A stretch of 63,511 nt of DNA, the filler included. It is 5 parts of 5 records of this genome, joined end to end, with 100 filler letters (N's around TTAATTAATTAA, not from the genome) between each part and the next. Parts side by side here need not be neighbours in the genome. Positions count along the whole stretch, not along the records: positions 29,105 to 42,965 come from DRR723986_53616; 4 more parts are not named here. The stretch is one strand, 5' to 3'. The position numbers and the translations under genes were made by a program. Shown in pieces: positions 30,196 through 40,795 of this stretch (the stretch's first letter is position 1; every line of letters begins with the position of its first letter). Below the pieces are notes generated by a model. It worked only from the letters and a program-made list of their open reading frames with translations, made no database searches and had not been told where the DNA came from.

Positions 30196-30216
30196 GCTGC
30201 CACTAACTTTAAGTAA

Positions 30217-31101
30217 ATGGCTAACTTAAAAGAAATAAGAAATAGAATTGTCTCAATTGAGTCAACTATGCAGATTACTTCAGCAATGAAGATGGTATCT
30301 GCTGCCAAGTTGAAAAGAGCTCAAGATGCGGTGACGCAGATGCGTCCTTATGCAAACAAATTACAAGAGATTCTTTCTAGCTTATCTTCTTCATTGGACA
30401 TGTCAGAGAATGTGTATGCCTCTGATAAAGAAGAAAAAAATATTCTTTTAATCTGCGTAACTTCAAATAGAGGTTTATGTGGAGGTTTCAACAACTACAT
30501 CATTAAAGAAACGAAAAGATTAGCTGCAGAAGAATATGCCGGTAAAAACGTATCGGTATTATCTATCGGTAAAAAAGCAAATGATGCGTTCAAAAGAACT
30601 GAATACAATATCAAAGGGTCTTACTTACCTAGTCACTTAGAAGAATTATGGAATGACTTAACTTTTGATAATGTTGTACCAGTTGCTGAAAAAATAATGA
30701 AAGCATACACTGATGGGCACATTGACAAAATCGTGATGGTTTACAATCACTTTAAAAATGTAGCAACTCAAATTGTAACTACTGAGCAGTTCTTGCCTAT
30801 TTTACCTCCAGCTGAGGAAGAAGGACAAAGTACAGCAAACTTAGATTACATTTTTGAGCCATCAAAAGCCGAAATCGTAGAAGAGTTAATCCCGAAATCA
30901 TTGAAGATTCAAATGTATTCTGCCTTATTAGATTCATTTGCAGGAGAGCATGGTGCAAGGATGACCGCAATGCATAAAGCAACAGATAACGCTGCTGAGT
31001 TGAACAAAGGATTAAAACTTGAATACAACAAAGCTCGTCAAGCTGCAATTACTAACGAGATTTTAGAAATCGTAGGTGGAGCAGAAGCATTGAACGGATA
31101 A
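30217..31101 (+). CDS. atpG: F1 ATP synthase subunit gamma
   Basis: QITSAMKMVSAAKL, RGLCGGFN, ARMTAM and RQAAITNEILEIVGGA motifs. Confidence 0.97.
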   Translation: MANLKEIRNRIVSIESTMQITSAMKMVSAAKLKRAQDAVTQMRPYANKLQEILSSLSSSLDMSENVYASDKEEKNILLICVTSNRGLCGGFNNYIIKETKRLAAEEYAGKNVSVLSIGKKANDAFKRTEYNIKGSYLPSHLEELWNDLTFDNVVPVAEKIMKAYTDGHIDKIVMVYNHFKNVATQIVTTEQFLPILPPAEEEGQSTANLDYIFEPSKAEIVEELIPKSLKIQMYSALLDSFAGEHGARMTAMHKATDNAAELNKGLKLEYNKARQAAITNEILEIVGGAEALNG

Positions 31102-31123
31102 ACTTTAGAAATTTTTAAAATTG

Positions 31124-31160
31124 ATCCTGATTTCGCTTCTTGTGGAATCAGGATTTTTTT
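31124..31160 (+). terminator. Terminator after atpG
   Basis: ATCCTGATT...AATCAGGAT followed by a T tract. Confidence 0.75.
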
Positions 31161-31172
31161 ATGGACTTAATT

Positions 31173-31874
31173 ATGAGAAATATTGTTCAATTCATTGTAG
31201 TATTAATAAGCTTTAGCTCTTTTTCTCAGGATCTTCATCCGTTTATTGAGCTTAAGAATGGTGAGCGAATTGAGTGCAGCGAAGTATTTTTAAAAAAGAA
31301 TGGAGATATCGTTGCCCTCAGTGGTAAGGATAGAATAAAAATACCGGCTATAAGAATCAAATCCGCCCTTTCAGGTCAAATAGAATACTATAACAGCACT
31401 AAACATGTTCATTTAATTTATTTAAAACTGTATAACTACAAACAAGACACTGTCTGGACGGGTTATCATATGGCAGGGGCAAGGCCTTTTCAAATAGTAA
31501 TTAAAAGTGGAGAATATATGATCCTAACTGATCATACGAGAGATGGAATGTTTAAGGCTCCTGACATGGCGGTTAATGCGCGTGAAAACAGATATAACCC
31601 TCTTGGATTAGGAACAAAAGGACCTTACGAAGAGGGCCGATACAAAACGGGAAATCGTTATTATCTAGTTGTTGGAAAAAATTTCATTACACTTAAAGCA
31701 CAAGAGTGGAGAACTGCAAAATATCTTAGTTTAATTGACTCCTATTTTTATCATTGCGGTGATTTTACAAAATTAATTGAAGCCTATAAGAATAGTGATT
31801 TCAATACTTTTAATGTTGATCAAATGATGTTAGACATTAAATTGAAATATTATAAGAATTGTTTTTCAAATTAA
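31173..31874 (+). CDS. Hypothetical secreted protein
   Basis: Signal peptide ending FSSFSQ; long ORF. Confidence 0.6.
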   Translation: MRNIVQFIVVLISFSSFSQDLHPFIELKNGERIECSEVFLKKNGDIVALSGKDRIKIPAIRIKSALSGQIEYYNSTKHVHLIYLKLYNYKQDTVWTGYHMAGARPFQIVIKSGEYMILTDHTRDGMFKAPDMAVNARENRYNPLGLGTKGPYEEGRYKTGNRYYLVVGKNFITLKAQEWRTAKYLSLIDSYFYHCGDFTKLIEAYKNSDFNTFNVDQMMLDIKLKYYKNCFSN

Positions 31875-31892
31875 AACTAAGTTCCATTTTTC

Positions 31893-32501
31893 ATGGATAC
31901 AATTGAAATTATACAAATCACCGGAACGGTAGTCTTTGCCATAAGTGGAGCATTAACTGCAGCAAACAAAAGGTTTGATCTGATGGGCGTTTCTATCATT
32001 GCTTTTGTAACAGCTTTAGGCGGCGGAACTATTCGGGATGTTTTAATTGGTGCACAGCCCGTTGGTTGGATGCAATCTAAGTGGCCGTTAATTGCCGTAT
32101 TAGTTGGAGTAGCACTAGCCTTTATTTTCAGAAAAAAATTACAGTATTTGAGAAAGACATTTTTCTTGTTTGATGCAATTGGCCTTGGCGTTTTCGCAAT
32201 CGGAGGATTAGAGAAGGCTTTATCCTATAATATTGATCCAATCTATGCTATTATGTGTGCAATGATCACAGGAACCATGGGAGGACTTTTACGAGATGTT
32301 TTGTGCAATGACGTTCCTTTGATCTTTCGGAAAGAAATTTATGCAACAGCGGCTTTAGTCGGAGCAAGCTTATATCTATCTCTGGATATGCTGGGCTTAG
32401 ATTCACAAATAAATTCAATCACCTCGATTTTAGTAGTGATCGCGGTGCGAATACTTGCCGTCCGTTACAAATTAGGCTTACCAAAAATCAAAATTGATTA
32501 A
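31893..32501 (+). CDS. Trimeric intracellular cation channel family (UPF0126) membrane protein
   Basis: FAISGA, GGGTIRD, DAIGLG and GGLLRD duplicated motifs. Confidence 0.92.
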   Translation: MDTIEIIQITGTVVFAISGALTAANKRFDLMGVSIIAFVTALGGGTIRDVLIGAQPVGWMQSKWPLIAVLVGVALAFIFRKKLQYLRKTFFLFDAIGLGVFAIGGLEKALSYNIDPIYAIMCAMITGTMGGLLRDVLCNDVPLIFRKEIYATAALVGASLYLSLDMLGLDSQINSITSILVVIAVRILAVRYKLGLPKIKID

Positions 32502-32504
32502 GTT

Positions 32505-34022
32505 TTAATGCTGAATCACTAATTGCTGCGTGATCCTTCTATTTTCAGTTGTTAATAGTAAGTGATATATCCCACTTGGGAAACTTGTGAGATTAACATA
32601 TTTAGGATTTTGTGCGCTAAAAATAATGCTGCCAGTAGGATTAATTATTTGAACTGAATATTCTTCCATGGAGTTAATCTCAATTTGAGTAAAATCATTG
32701 GCTGGGTTCGGGTAGACTTTAAATTCAGTCTCAGCTTCTTCAAAACCTATCGCACCAAAACAATGATTCGCAGACGTAACTCCCGTAAGATTGTTAGTCG
32801 TGGAAAAGTCAGTCTGCACCAGTGGGTCTCCGGCACTAAATAGAAGAGATGTTGCAATTTCTTGATTGAGGATGATATCGCTTGATGTTATACTACCCAA
32901 AAAAAAGTCGCAGGCAGAACGCAAGTCTGTATTGGTAGCACTTAAAATACTTGTAGAATCATTTTCTAATCGATAGGCATGTATTATGGATTGATCGTTT
33001 CTTGCAATCAATGATGTCGAACTTTGATTCCAATTTTGATCTTGCACTTCTCTTGTTTGATTATGATAACCCTCCAGTGTTGTTCGCTCAATCAAACTAA
33101 AATGTGATTGTCCTTTACCGTTTCCTAAAATAAAACATTGCCCATTTTTCACGTCAAGATCAACTGCATCTAATAAAACATCCGTTTTTTTATATTCACG
33201 TGCGTTATAGATAGACATATCCGCATCTATCCTAAATTTAACGATAGACCGCTCAGGTGTATGACTTAAGGTACTATAACTCGTACATAAAACTTGAATA
33301 TCATTTTCTGAAACGGCTTTAATGTCTACAGGAATGAGACTGTCTTGGTATGAATATTCAAAAAAACCGCTTAAAACGCCATCTCCTTGTACCTCATATA
33401 TCAAGGTGTTATTATCTATTTTACTGAGGGCATAGTAATAGTTGTCAATTGATTGGGTTATTTTTATAATTTGAACGTCCTTATGATTTTTGATTTGATT
33501 GACATAGGAATATTGTTCGAACTTTCTGGTCCACAATTCTGAACCACCTGCCGAAAATTTAGATACAAAATTGTGCCAAACCGAGTCCGAAACCAATGCC
33601 CCGCCTAACATAATGCTCCCATCATTATTCGCATGAATTGCTCCAACTCTGACTTCATTATGGCCACTCCCTAATAATCTTTCCCAAATTAAATTCCCGA
33701 GCGGGTCACGCTTGGATATCACGGAGTAACTTTTACCGTTGGAATCAGTTTTAATTTGACCATAATAGAGTTCAAAAGTGTTCGTTGAAGTGAAATCAAC
33801 TGGGTCTACACAATCAATTTCTTTTGCGAATAGAACATTACCTGCAGAATCAACCTGTAACAAAAGGCTGTCTCCCAGTGCATAATAACTTGAATTTCCT
33901 CCTTCGATTATAAGTTCAGGATTTAAATCTTTATTAATTGTACTGTAAGAATTGTCAAAATTGAGCTGACAATAAGAATTACTTAAGAATAAAATTAAAA
34001 GTGAAAGAATTGGGTAGTTCAT
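32505..34022 (-). CDS. T9SS type A sorting domain-containing protein (probable beta-propeller)
   Basis: Signal peptide; repeated D..GN..W units; FKVYPNP..SGIY CTD. Confidence 0.8.
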   Translation of the reverse strand: MNYPILSLLILFLSNSYCQLNFDNSYSTINKDLNPELIIEGGNSSYYALGDSLLLQVDSAGNVLFAKEIDCVDPVDFTSTNTFELYYGQIKTDSNGKSYSVISKRDPLGNLIWERLLGSGHNEVRVGAIHANNDGSIMLGGALVSDSVWHNFVSKFSAGGSELWTRKFEQYSYVNQIKNHKDVQIIKITQSIDNYYYALSKIDNNTLIYEVQGDGVLSGFFEYSYQDSLIPVDIKAVSENDIQVLCTSYSTLSHTPERSIVKFRIDADMSIYNAREYKKTDVLLDAVDLDVKNGQCFILGNGKGQSHFSLIERTTLEGYHNQTREVQDQNWNQSSTSLIARNDQSIIHAYRLENDSTSILSATNTDLRSACDFFLGSITSSDIILNQEIATSLLFSAGDPLVQTDFSTTNNLTGVTSANHCFGAIGFEEAETEFKVYPNPANDFTQIEINSMEEYSVQIINPTGSIIFSAQNPKYVNLTSFPSGIYHLLLTTENRRITQQLVIQH

Positions 34023-34068
34023 ATTCTTATAACAACTTGAATCACACAAATGTTACATTTAAAATTGA

Positions 34069-34686
34069 TTAACGTACCACCAATTTATCCTTGGCATTGA
34101 CGATCACAGATTCCCATTTCGGATAAACATCTGAATTGCAGCAGACAATCATACCGTACATTATATCTTGGTCGATATAGATAAAATCATCATACATAAC
34201 CGGAGTGCCATCAGGTTCGTCCATCTCATATTTTTCATATAACCAGTTTTTATCCCCTATTACAATTTTTTCTAAAAATTTTCGGTCTGAACCCACTCTA
34301 GGACCATTAACAATGGCGTCATAATGCGTGTCAATTGATTGGTCTTTAGTTTCGTATATGGTTTTAATAAAAAAGAAGGTAACTTCTTGATTTCCTGGCT
34401 CCACGAATTCATACAATTTAGATTCTATAACACCGGTTCCAGGATTTTGCGGACTGACACTTTTAAAACTAAAAGTATTTGGAAGCTCTGTGACTAATTC
34501 ATTCTCAATAACTTCAATTTCTGTAAGAGCGGCAGGTTCATTATTTACAATGGCCGTGCTGTCCGAATTAGCGCTGATTATTTTAGGTTCAAAGTCGTTG
34601 TTAATTGTCTGTTCCTCTATCTGAGCTTCTTCTGAACAAGAAAAACATATGAAAAGCAAGAGACCTGAGAGCAAAATTTTATGCAT
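34069..34686 (-). CDS. Hypothetical lipoprotein
   Basis: CFSC lipobox. Confidence 0.65.
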   Translation of the reverse strand: MHKILLSGLLLFICFSCSEEAQIEEQTINNDFEPKIISANSDSTAIVNNEPAALTEIEVIENELVTELPNTFSFKSVSPQNPGTGVIESKLYEFVEPGNQEVTFFFIKTIYETKDQSIDTHYDAIVNGPRVGSDRKFLEKIVIGDKNWLYEKYEMDEPDGTPVMYDDFIYIDQDIMYGMIVCCNSDVYPKWESVIVNAKDKLVVR

Positions 34687-34758
34687 ATCATCTAATTTTT
34701 AAATTCAATGTAAGTAAAATCTAGCAGTTCTAAACAGTCATTTTAGTACCTTTAAGCC

Positions 34759-35343
34759 ATGATTATCGAAATAGGTGATAAACTGGTATCCACAGAAATT
34801 TTTGAAAAAGAATTCGTCTGTAATTTGGGCGCATGTAAGGGAATTTGCTGTGTTGAAGGAGATGATGGTGCTCCACTATCAATGGAAGAGGTGAATTTAC
34901 TGGAAGATAATATTGAAGCGATTAAACCTTTCATGACCCCAGAAGGCAAAAAAAGGGTAGAGGAGAATGGTGTTTTTTATATGGATCGTGATAACGAACC
35001 CGTAACGGTTTTGAACGAGGGTAAAGAATGTTCGTTTGTAACCCAAGGAGAAGACGGCATCTACAAATGTTCAATTGAAAATGCTTATCGCGAAGAAGCA
35101 ATTGATTTTAACAAACCTATTTCCTGTCATCTTTATCCCATCAGAGTGAAAAGCTTCAGATCTTTCACAAGTCTGAATTATGACAGATGGCCAATATGTT
35201 CTGATGCTTGCGTACTTGGAAAAGAGTTAAAAGTATCGGTTTATAAATTTCTTAAAGAGCCTTTGACAAGAGCCTTTGGTGCACCATTTTACCAAGAGTT
35301 GGTGAAAATTGATCAACAATTAGCCGATTATCAGGGAGAATAA
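34759..35343 (+). CDS. DUF3109 family protein
   Basis: FVCNLGACKGICCVEGDDGAPL and KPISCHLYPIR motifs. Confidence 0.9.
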   Translation: MIIEIGDKLVSTEIFEKEFVCNLGACKGICCVEGDDGAPLSMEEVNLLEDNIEAIKPFMTPEGKKRVEENGVFYMDRDNEPVTVLNEGKECSFVTQGEDGIYKCSIENAYREEAIDFNKPISCHLYPIRVKSFRSFTSLNYDRWPICSDACVLGKELKVSVYKFLKEPLTRAFGAPFYQELVKIDQQLADYQGE

Positions 35344-35345
35344 TC

Positions 35346-35720
35346 ATGGCAAAATTTCCCTCCAACGAGCGTATTAAAAGTAAACTGATTCTCGAACAAG
35401 TTTATAACGAAGGTACTTTGATTAAAGCCTATCCTTTAAAAATCAAATTTTTAGAAGTTGAGGAATTGACCGAAAATACGGTGCAAATTGTGATTTCAAT
35501 TCCTAAACGTATCGTTAAAAAAGCTACAGCACGTAATCGAATACGTAGGCAATTAAAAGAGATTTATCGAATGAATAAAGCTCAATTGATTAAAAAATAT
35601 CAAACGAAGAATAAAGGTTTGGCACTATTTTTAATCTATACAGGAAAAGAAAGTCCAACCTTTCATCATTTAGAAAACAAACTAAAAGAACTTATCAGTA
35701 AATTGGAACAAGATTTATGA
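35346..35720 (+). CDS. rnpA: Ribonuclease P protein component
   Basis: FPSNERIKS and SIPKR..KATARNRIRRQLKEIYR RNR motif. Confidence 0.92.
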   Translation: MAKFPSNERIKSKLILEQVYNEGTLIKAYPLKIKFLEVEELTENTVQIVISIPKRIVKKATARNRIRRQLKEIYRMNKAQLIKKYQTKNKGLALFLIYTGKESPTFHHLENKLKELISKLEQDL

Positions 35721-37360
35721 AAAGATTAAAGTATATTTATTTGATGATGTTGGTGTTCATTGCACCACAAGTCATTGCACAAGAAGAGCCATCCGATTTC
35801 GAGATTTATAAAAATCTAGAGTTATTTGAGTTGGTGTATAAGACGGTTGATGTCAGTTATGTGGATCAATCCAATCCTGGAAAGCTGATGAAGGTGGCGA
35901 TTGACGCCATGTTGAATGAATTGGACCCTTATACAACTTACATCCCAGAATCGTTGATTGAAGATTATAAACTAATGACGACCGGACAATATGGAGGAAT
36001 CGGAGCGTTGATTCAACAACAAGGCGATAAGGTAGTGGTTTCTGATCCTCATGAAGGATATCCTGCTCAGAAAGCTGGATTGCAAGCTGGAGATGAGTTT
36101 ATTGAGATTGATGGTAAAAATGTTGAGGAATTATCCTCTTCTGAAATTTCTGAAAAATTAAAAGGTAAACCTGGAAGCTCGTTAGAAGTGGTGGTAGACC
36201 GTAACGGAGAACGTTTAACCAAATCGCTAACAAGAGAAGAGGTAAAACTCAGTCCTGTGCCTTATTCGGGAATGATTAATGAAGATGTAGGTTACATTAA
36301 GCTCACCTCATTTACACAAACTGCAGGGCAAGATGTGATGTCTGCCTTTGCTGATTTGAAAAGCAAGGGAATGAAAAAGTTAATTCTTGACTTGAGAGAT
36401 AATGGTGGTGGTTTATTAATAGAAGCGGTGAAAATTGTCAACATGTTTGTGAATAAAGGGGAGGAAATTGTTTCAATGAAAGGTAGAGAAGTTCAAAACA
36501 ACATCTCTTACAAGGCGAGCATGAAACCAACTGACTTAAACATTCCAATTGCCGTTCTGGTCAATGGCAATTCAGCTTCGGCCTCAGAAATTGTATCTGG
36601 AGGTTTACAAGATTTGGATCGTGCCGTAATAGTCGGTCAAACCTCTTTTGGTAAAGGGCTTGTTCAGCGACCACTTGATCTAAAGTACAATGCTAAAATT
36701 AAAGTAACCATTGCAAAATATTATACACCAAGCGGAAGGTGCATTCAGAAGTTAGATTATAAAAATCGAGAAGATGGCAATGATGCTGAAGCACTATCAG
36801 ATTCACTTTTGAATAAATTTACGACAAAAAATGGCCGCGAAGTGATTGATGGGCGTGGGGTAGAACCTGAAATAAAAATCGATCTTAAAAAGTACAGTAG
36901 ATTAACTACAACTTTAGTTGTTAATAACGTTATATTCAACTTCGCCACTAAGTTCAGAGCGGAGAACGAGTCGATCCCAGCACCAAAAGAATTCAAGATT
37001 ACAGACGAAATATATCAACAGTTTACAGACTATGCTTTAGCACAGGAATTCACTTACACCACAGCTTCTGGTGATATGATGGCTAAATTAAAAGAAACAG
37101 CAGAAGACGAAAATTTTATGACGGATGCGCAAGCTGAATATGAAGCTTTACTCGAACAATTCAAGCCTTCAAAAGAGCGTGATTTAAAAAAGTTTAAAAC
37201 TGAAATCATAGAAATTTTATCAGATGAAATTATTGGAAGATATTACTATCGTAAAGGACAAATCTCGCATGGTTTAATCGGTGATCCATTTATTGATGAA
37301 GCGATTAAAATATTAAACGATTCTCAACGTTATAAGAGCATCCTCAATATTCAAGAATAA
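35717..37360 (+). CDS. S41 family C-terminal processing peptidase with PDZ domain
   Basis: LDPYT, GGIG, DLRDNGGG, SASASEIVSG and GKGLVQ motifs. Confidence 0.95.
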   Translation: MKRLKYIYLMMLVFIAPQVIAQEEPSDFEIYKNLELFELVYKTVDVSYVDQSNPGKLMKVAIDAMLNELDPYTTYIPESLIEDYKLMTTGQYGGIGALIQQQGDKVVVSDPHEGYPAQKAGLQAGDEFIEIDGKNVEELSSSEISEKLKGKPGSSLEVVVDRNGERLTKSLTREEVKLSPVPYSGMINEDVGYIKLTSFTQTAGQDVMSAFADLKSKGMKKLILDLRDNGGGLLIEAVKIVNMFVNKGEEIVSMKGREVQNNISYKASMKPTDLNIPIAVLVNGNSASASEIVSGGLQDLDRAVIVGQTSFGKGLVQRPLDLKYNAKIKVTIAKYYTPSGRCIQKLDYKNREDGNDAEALSDSLLNKFTTKNGREVIDGRGVEPEIKIDLKKYSRLTTTLVVNNVIFNFATKFRAENESIPAPKEFKITDEIYQQFTDYALAQEFTYTTASGDMMAKLKETAEDENFMTDAQAEYEALLEQFKPSKERDLKKFKTEIIEILSDEIIGRYYYRKGQISHGLIGDPFIDEAIKILNDSQRYKSILNIQE

Positions 37361-37363
37361 TAC

Positions 37364-38935
37364 ATGTTTGATAAGTGGCTTAAGTTACCAGCCCATTACT
37401 ATCTTAAAATAACCGCTCTCGTCATTTTGACGGTAGGTATTTGTTTGCATAATACCTTGATGAGTATCGCTACAATTTGGTTAGGCGCCAATTGGTTAAT
37501 TGAGGCCAAGTACAAGTATTATTGGGATAAGTTTAAATCCAGTCCGGCCGTGTGGTTCTTAATTGCACTACTCCTTTTTAGTTTTATCAGTCTTGCGTGG
37601 TCAGATGACCTTAACTATGGTTTGAAAGACATAGGTAAGAAAATGCCCTTCTTTGTCATTCCATTTGTTCTAGGGACTTCTGAGCCGATTGAAAAGAAAG
37701 TGGTTCACTTTCTGTGCTATCTTCTGATAGGGATATTACTCTTAACATCCGGTATTAATTATTATCGTTTTCATTTTGTTTTAGAAAATGCTATTGATCC
37801 TCGTGAGATGTCTTATTTTATCTCTCACATTCGCTTTGCGATTATTGTAGTTTTAGGGTTAGCAGTTTCTATTTATTTGATCTTTAACAAAAAAGGCCCT
37901 GCAGTTATTTGGGCTATTGCTATTATTTGGCTCTGTTATTATTCTTATATTTCCCACGTCTTAACAGCTTACGTTCTACTTTTTACATTACTGCTATTCT
38001 CTATTTTATACTGGACTCAACAGAAAAATAATCGCCTTTTGACCATAGTTATTTATGGATTGTTAACGGCATCAATTATTGCAGTCACTATTGGTTTAAA
38101 TGCTGCCTATAAATCATTTAAGAAACCAGTCAATGTTGAATTGGCTGATTTAGAAAAAGAAACTGTCAATGGAAGAAAGTATTACCATAACCTGAGTAAT
38201 ACTGAACGTGAGAACGGTGAATTGGTTTGGATTTATATGCAACAAGAAGAACTTGAAAGTGAATGGAACAACAGATCAGTTATTGACTATGACTCTACAG
38301 ACAGGGCTGGACAACCCATGTTTGGAACATTAATGAGGTACCTTACTTCCAAAGGATTAAGAAAAGATTCACTTGCGATATGGAGTTTAACAGAAAAGGA
38401 GATTGATGAAATAGAAAATGGAAAAACATCATATGTACAAAGTACTGGTCTCAACTCAAAACTACATGAATTTTTCATGCAATGGGATGCCTACCAAAAT
38501 GGAGGAGATATTAATGGACAATCAGTATTGCAACGCATTGAACACTTGAGAATTGGTTTTGAATTGCTCAAATCAAACTGGATTTATGGTGTCGGAATTG
38601 GTGATGTGCATCAAGCCTTTCAATTGAAATACACAGAGATGAATTCTAGTTTAAATGAGGAGAATAGGCACCGTTCGCATAATCAATTCTTGACCTATTG
38701 GATTTCACATGGAATTCTCGGACTGATGTGTATCTTAGGATTGTTATTAGCCCCTATTCAGTCTGTCAAAAACAAAGGATTTATTTTCTGGTCCATTTTT
38801 ATTACGCTTTGTTTATCAATGTTATTCCAAGACCTATTGGAAACACAAGCGGGAGTTTGTGTGTTCGGTTTCTTTTATTCAATTATGGCTTTTCAAGGCC
38901 CGGACCGTCCTCCTGTTTGGAAGAAGAAGGAGTAA
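37364..38935 (+). CDS. O-antigen ligase family protein
   Basis: Multiple TM helices; R..H..G...IYGVGIGD and SHNQFL motifs. Confidence 0.8.
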   Translation: MFDKWLKLPAHYYLKITALVILTVGICLHNTLMSIATIWLGANWLIEAKYKYYWDKFKSSPAVWFLIALLLFSFISLAWSDDLNYGLKDIGKKMPFFVIPFVLGTSEPIEKKVVHFLCYLLIGILLLTSGINYYRFHFVLENAIDPREMSYFISHIRFAIIVVLGLAVSIYLIFNKKGPAVIWAIAIIWLCYYSYISHVLTAYVLLFTLLLFSILYWTQQKNNRLLTIVIYGLLTASIIAVTIGLNAAYKSFKKPVNVELADLEKETVNGRKYYHNLSNTERENGELVWIYMQQEELESEWNNRSVIDYDSTDRAGQPMFGTLMRYLTSKGLRKDSLAIWSLTEKEIDEIENGKTSYVQSTGLNSKLHEFFMQWDAYQNGGDINGQSVLQRIEHLRIGFELLKSNWIYGVGIGDVHQAFQLKYTEMNSSLNEENRHRSHNQFLTYWISHGILGLMCILGLLLAPIQSVKNKGFIFWSIFITLCLSMLFQDLLETQAGVCVFGFFYSIMAFQGPDRPPVWKKKE

Positions 38936-39085
38936 AATTCACTTGATAAGAGAACTGTAAGAATTTCGGCGAGCGTCCGTCTTAAATTATGTAAAGAGAC
39001 TGTAGCCTTTCAACAGTAAACACTTAATTTGATAGCGCTTTCACTTTTAAAGTTCTATTTTTGAATTTGTCCAACATCAATTACT

Positions 39086-40273
39086 ATGCATAAAGTTTAC
39101 ATCAGCTTCATTTTATTATTCTCATCTGTTTTAACTTTTGCTCAATGGGAGCAAAGAACTGACCCTCCGTTTGTTAAAGATCATGGCATTGGTTTTAGTT
39201 TAGATGGATATGGTTATGTGTTAACAGGTGGCTCAGATGGAGTTGTATTTAGTGCAACAAAGGCATTTTATAAATACGATCCAGTTACAGATTCTTGGCA
39301 AACATTGCCAGATTATCCTGGGCCATCAAGAGGCTATGGAATTGGCGATACTTGGGACGGTAAATTGTATTTTGGCTTTGGTCAGGCATCTAACGGAGCC
39401 TTAATGGATGACCTTTGGACATGGGATCCTGCAACGAATGTGTTTACAGAATTGCCTTCTTGTCCCTGTGCAGGCAGAGTGCATCCTGCGTTTGTTGCGG
39501 TAGATGGAAAGGTTTATGTGGGTACTGGTGGGGCCGCCGGTAATTTAGATGATTGGTGGGTCTATGACATAGCGAGCCAAACTTGGGCGCAAAGAACCAA
39601 TATTCCAGAACCAAGGCATCATCCATATCAATTTGCTTTAGATGGAGAAATTTATGTGGGTAACGGCCACACCGATTCATGGTATCGATTTGATCCTGCT
39701 ACTAATACTTGGACGGCAGTCGCAACTTTAGGAACAAGAGTGGCTGGCTCACAATTCAGTTATGATGGCAAAGGATACGCACTAAGTGGTGCGGATGATA
39801 ATCACGATATTTTTCCTACGGGTGAATTTTGGGAGTACGATCCAGTTTCAGATACTTGGACCGCCTTACCTCCACATCCAGGAACATCTAGATTTGCGCC
39901 TACCCAATTCGTCATAGATAATTACATCTATTTTATGGGTGGATATTACAGAATGGGAAGTACTATTACAGGTGAAACAACCATGTGGCGTTACCAGTTA
40001 GGACCGTCTATTACAGGAATTGAAGAGGGAACTGATCTAGCTAATTCAGGGTTTATTTATCCAAATCCCGTAAATGAAGAGATCAATATTAAACTCGATC
40101 AAGACCTCACTGATGAGGCTGTATTGAATATTTACGATTTATCAGGTCAATTAATCTTAACAAGACCTTTTCAAAACACAATTGGCGTGGCCGACTTAGA
40201 AAATGGAATGTACATTCTTGATGTTGTTGACGGCGGATCAACTATTTTGAGAGAAAAGTTTTCTAAAACTTAA
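39086..40273 (+). CDS. Kelch-repeat protein with a T9SS C-terminal domain
   Basis: Repeated GYV..GG/YDP..D.W units; IYPNP..NGMY CTD. Confidence 0.88.
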   Translation: MHKVYISFILLFSSVLTFAQWEQRTDPPFVKDHGIGFSLDGYGYVLTGGSDGVVFSATKAFYKYDPVTDSWQTLPDYPGPSRGYGIGDTWDGKLYFGFGQASNGALMDDLWTWDPATNVFTELPSCPCAGRVHPAFVAVDGKVYVGTGGAAGNLDDWWVYDIASQTWAQRTNIPEPRHHPYQFALDGEIYVGNGHTDSWYRFDPATNTWTAVATLGTRVAGSQFSYDGKGYALSGADDNHDIFPTGEFWEYDPVSDTWTALPPHPGTSRFAPTQFVIDNYIYFMGGYYRMGSTITGETTMWRYQLGPSITGIEEGTDLANSGFIYPNPVNEEINIKLDQDLTDEAVLNIYDLSGQLILTRPFQNTIGVADLENGMYILDVVDGGSTILREKFSKT

Positions 40274-40683
40274 TCTTTCAATTCATTGATTAAAAAGTCT
40301 GGCTCAGAATAAAATTGGATCAACCGATTCCATTCTTCTGGGTTGACAAATGATTTTGAAATTTTCATTTTTTCACCTTGAAAATACAATTTGTCATTTT
40401 TCACTTTTATGTCATTTTTGTCGTCAAACGTATATTTTATTCTGATTTTACCCAAAAAATTGTAAATTATAAGCTGATTTTCATCAAAATCGGCATATGG
40501 ACTTTTGAGCGCAACGGCACCAATAATGATTAAAAAAGAGCTGCTTACTGCATATAAAATATTAATAAAGTCTTGCAAAATAATAGCGCCAAGTACGAAT
40601 ATCAAGACAAATAAAATCCCCAAAACGATATAAATTCTCGCAATTGAAGATTTTATATAGATTGATTTCTGCCGGCGTTCCAT
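40270..40683 (-). CDS. Hypothetical membrane protein
   Basis: Two N-terminal TM helices. Confidence 0.6.
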   Translation of the reverse strand: MERRQKSIYIKSSIARIYIVLGILFVLIFVLGAIILQDFINILYAVSSSFLIIIGAVALKSPYADFDENQLIIYNFLGKIRIKYTFDDKNDIKVKNDKLYFQGEKMKISKSFVNPEEWNRLIQFYSEPDFLINELKD

Positions 40684-40795
40684 GATTCAAAATTAAGAGA
40701 TAATCCATTTTACATCTACAATTTGAACAATTCGTTTTGAATTAATTCTTGTATTGTGCCTTGAATTGAATCGTCAAACTTAATAGATTCGAACC

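Noticed and set aside
38945-39085. Possible rnpB near rnpA (CTGTAAG seen)
   Set aside because: The gap is too short and lacks the conserved RNase P RNA P4 sequences.
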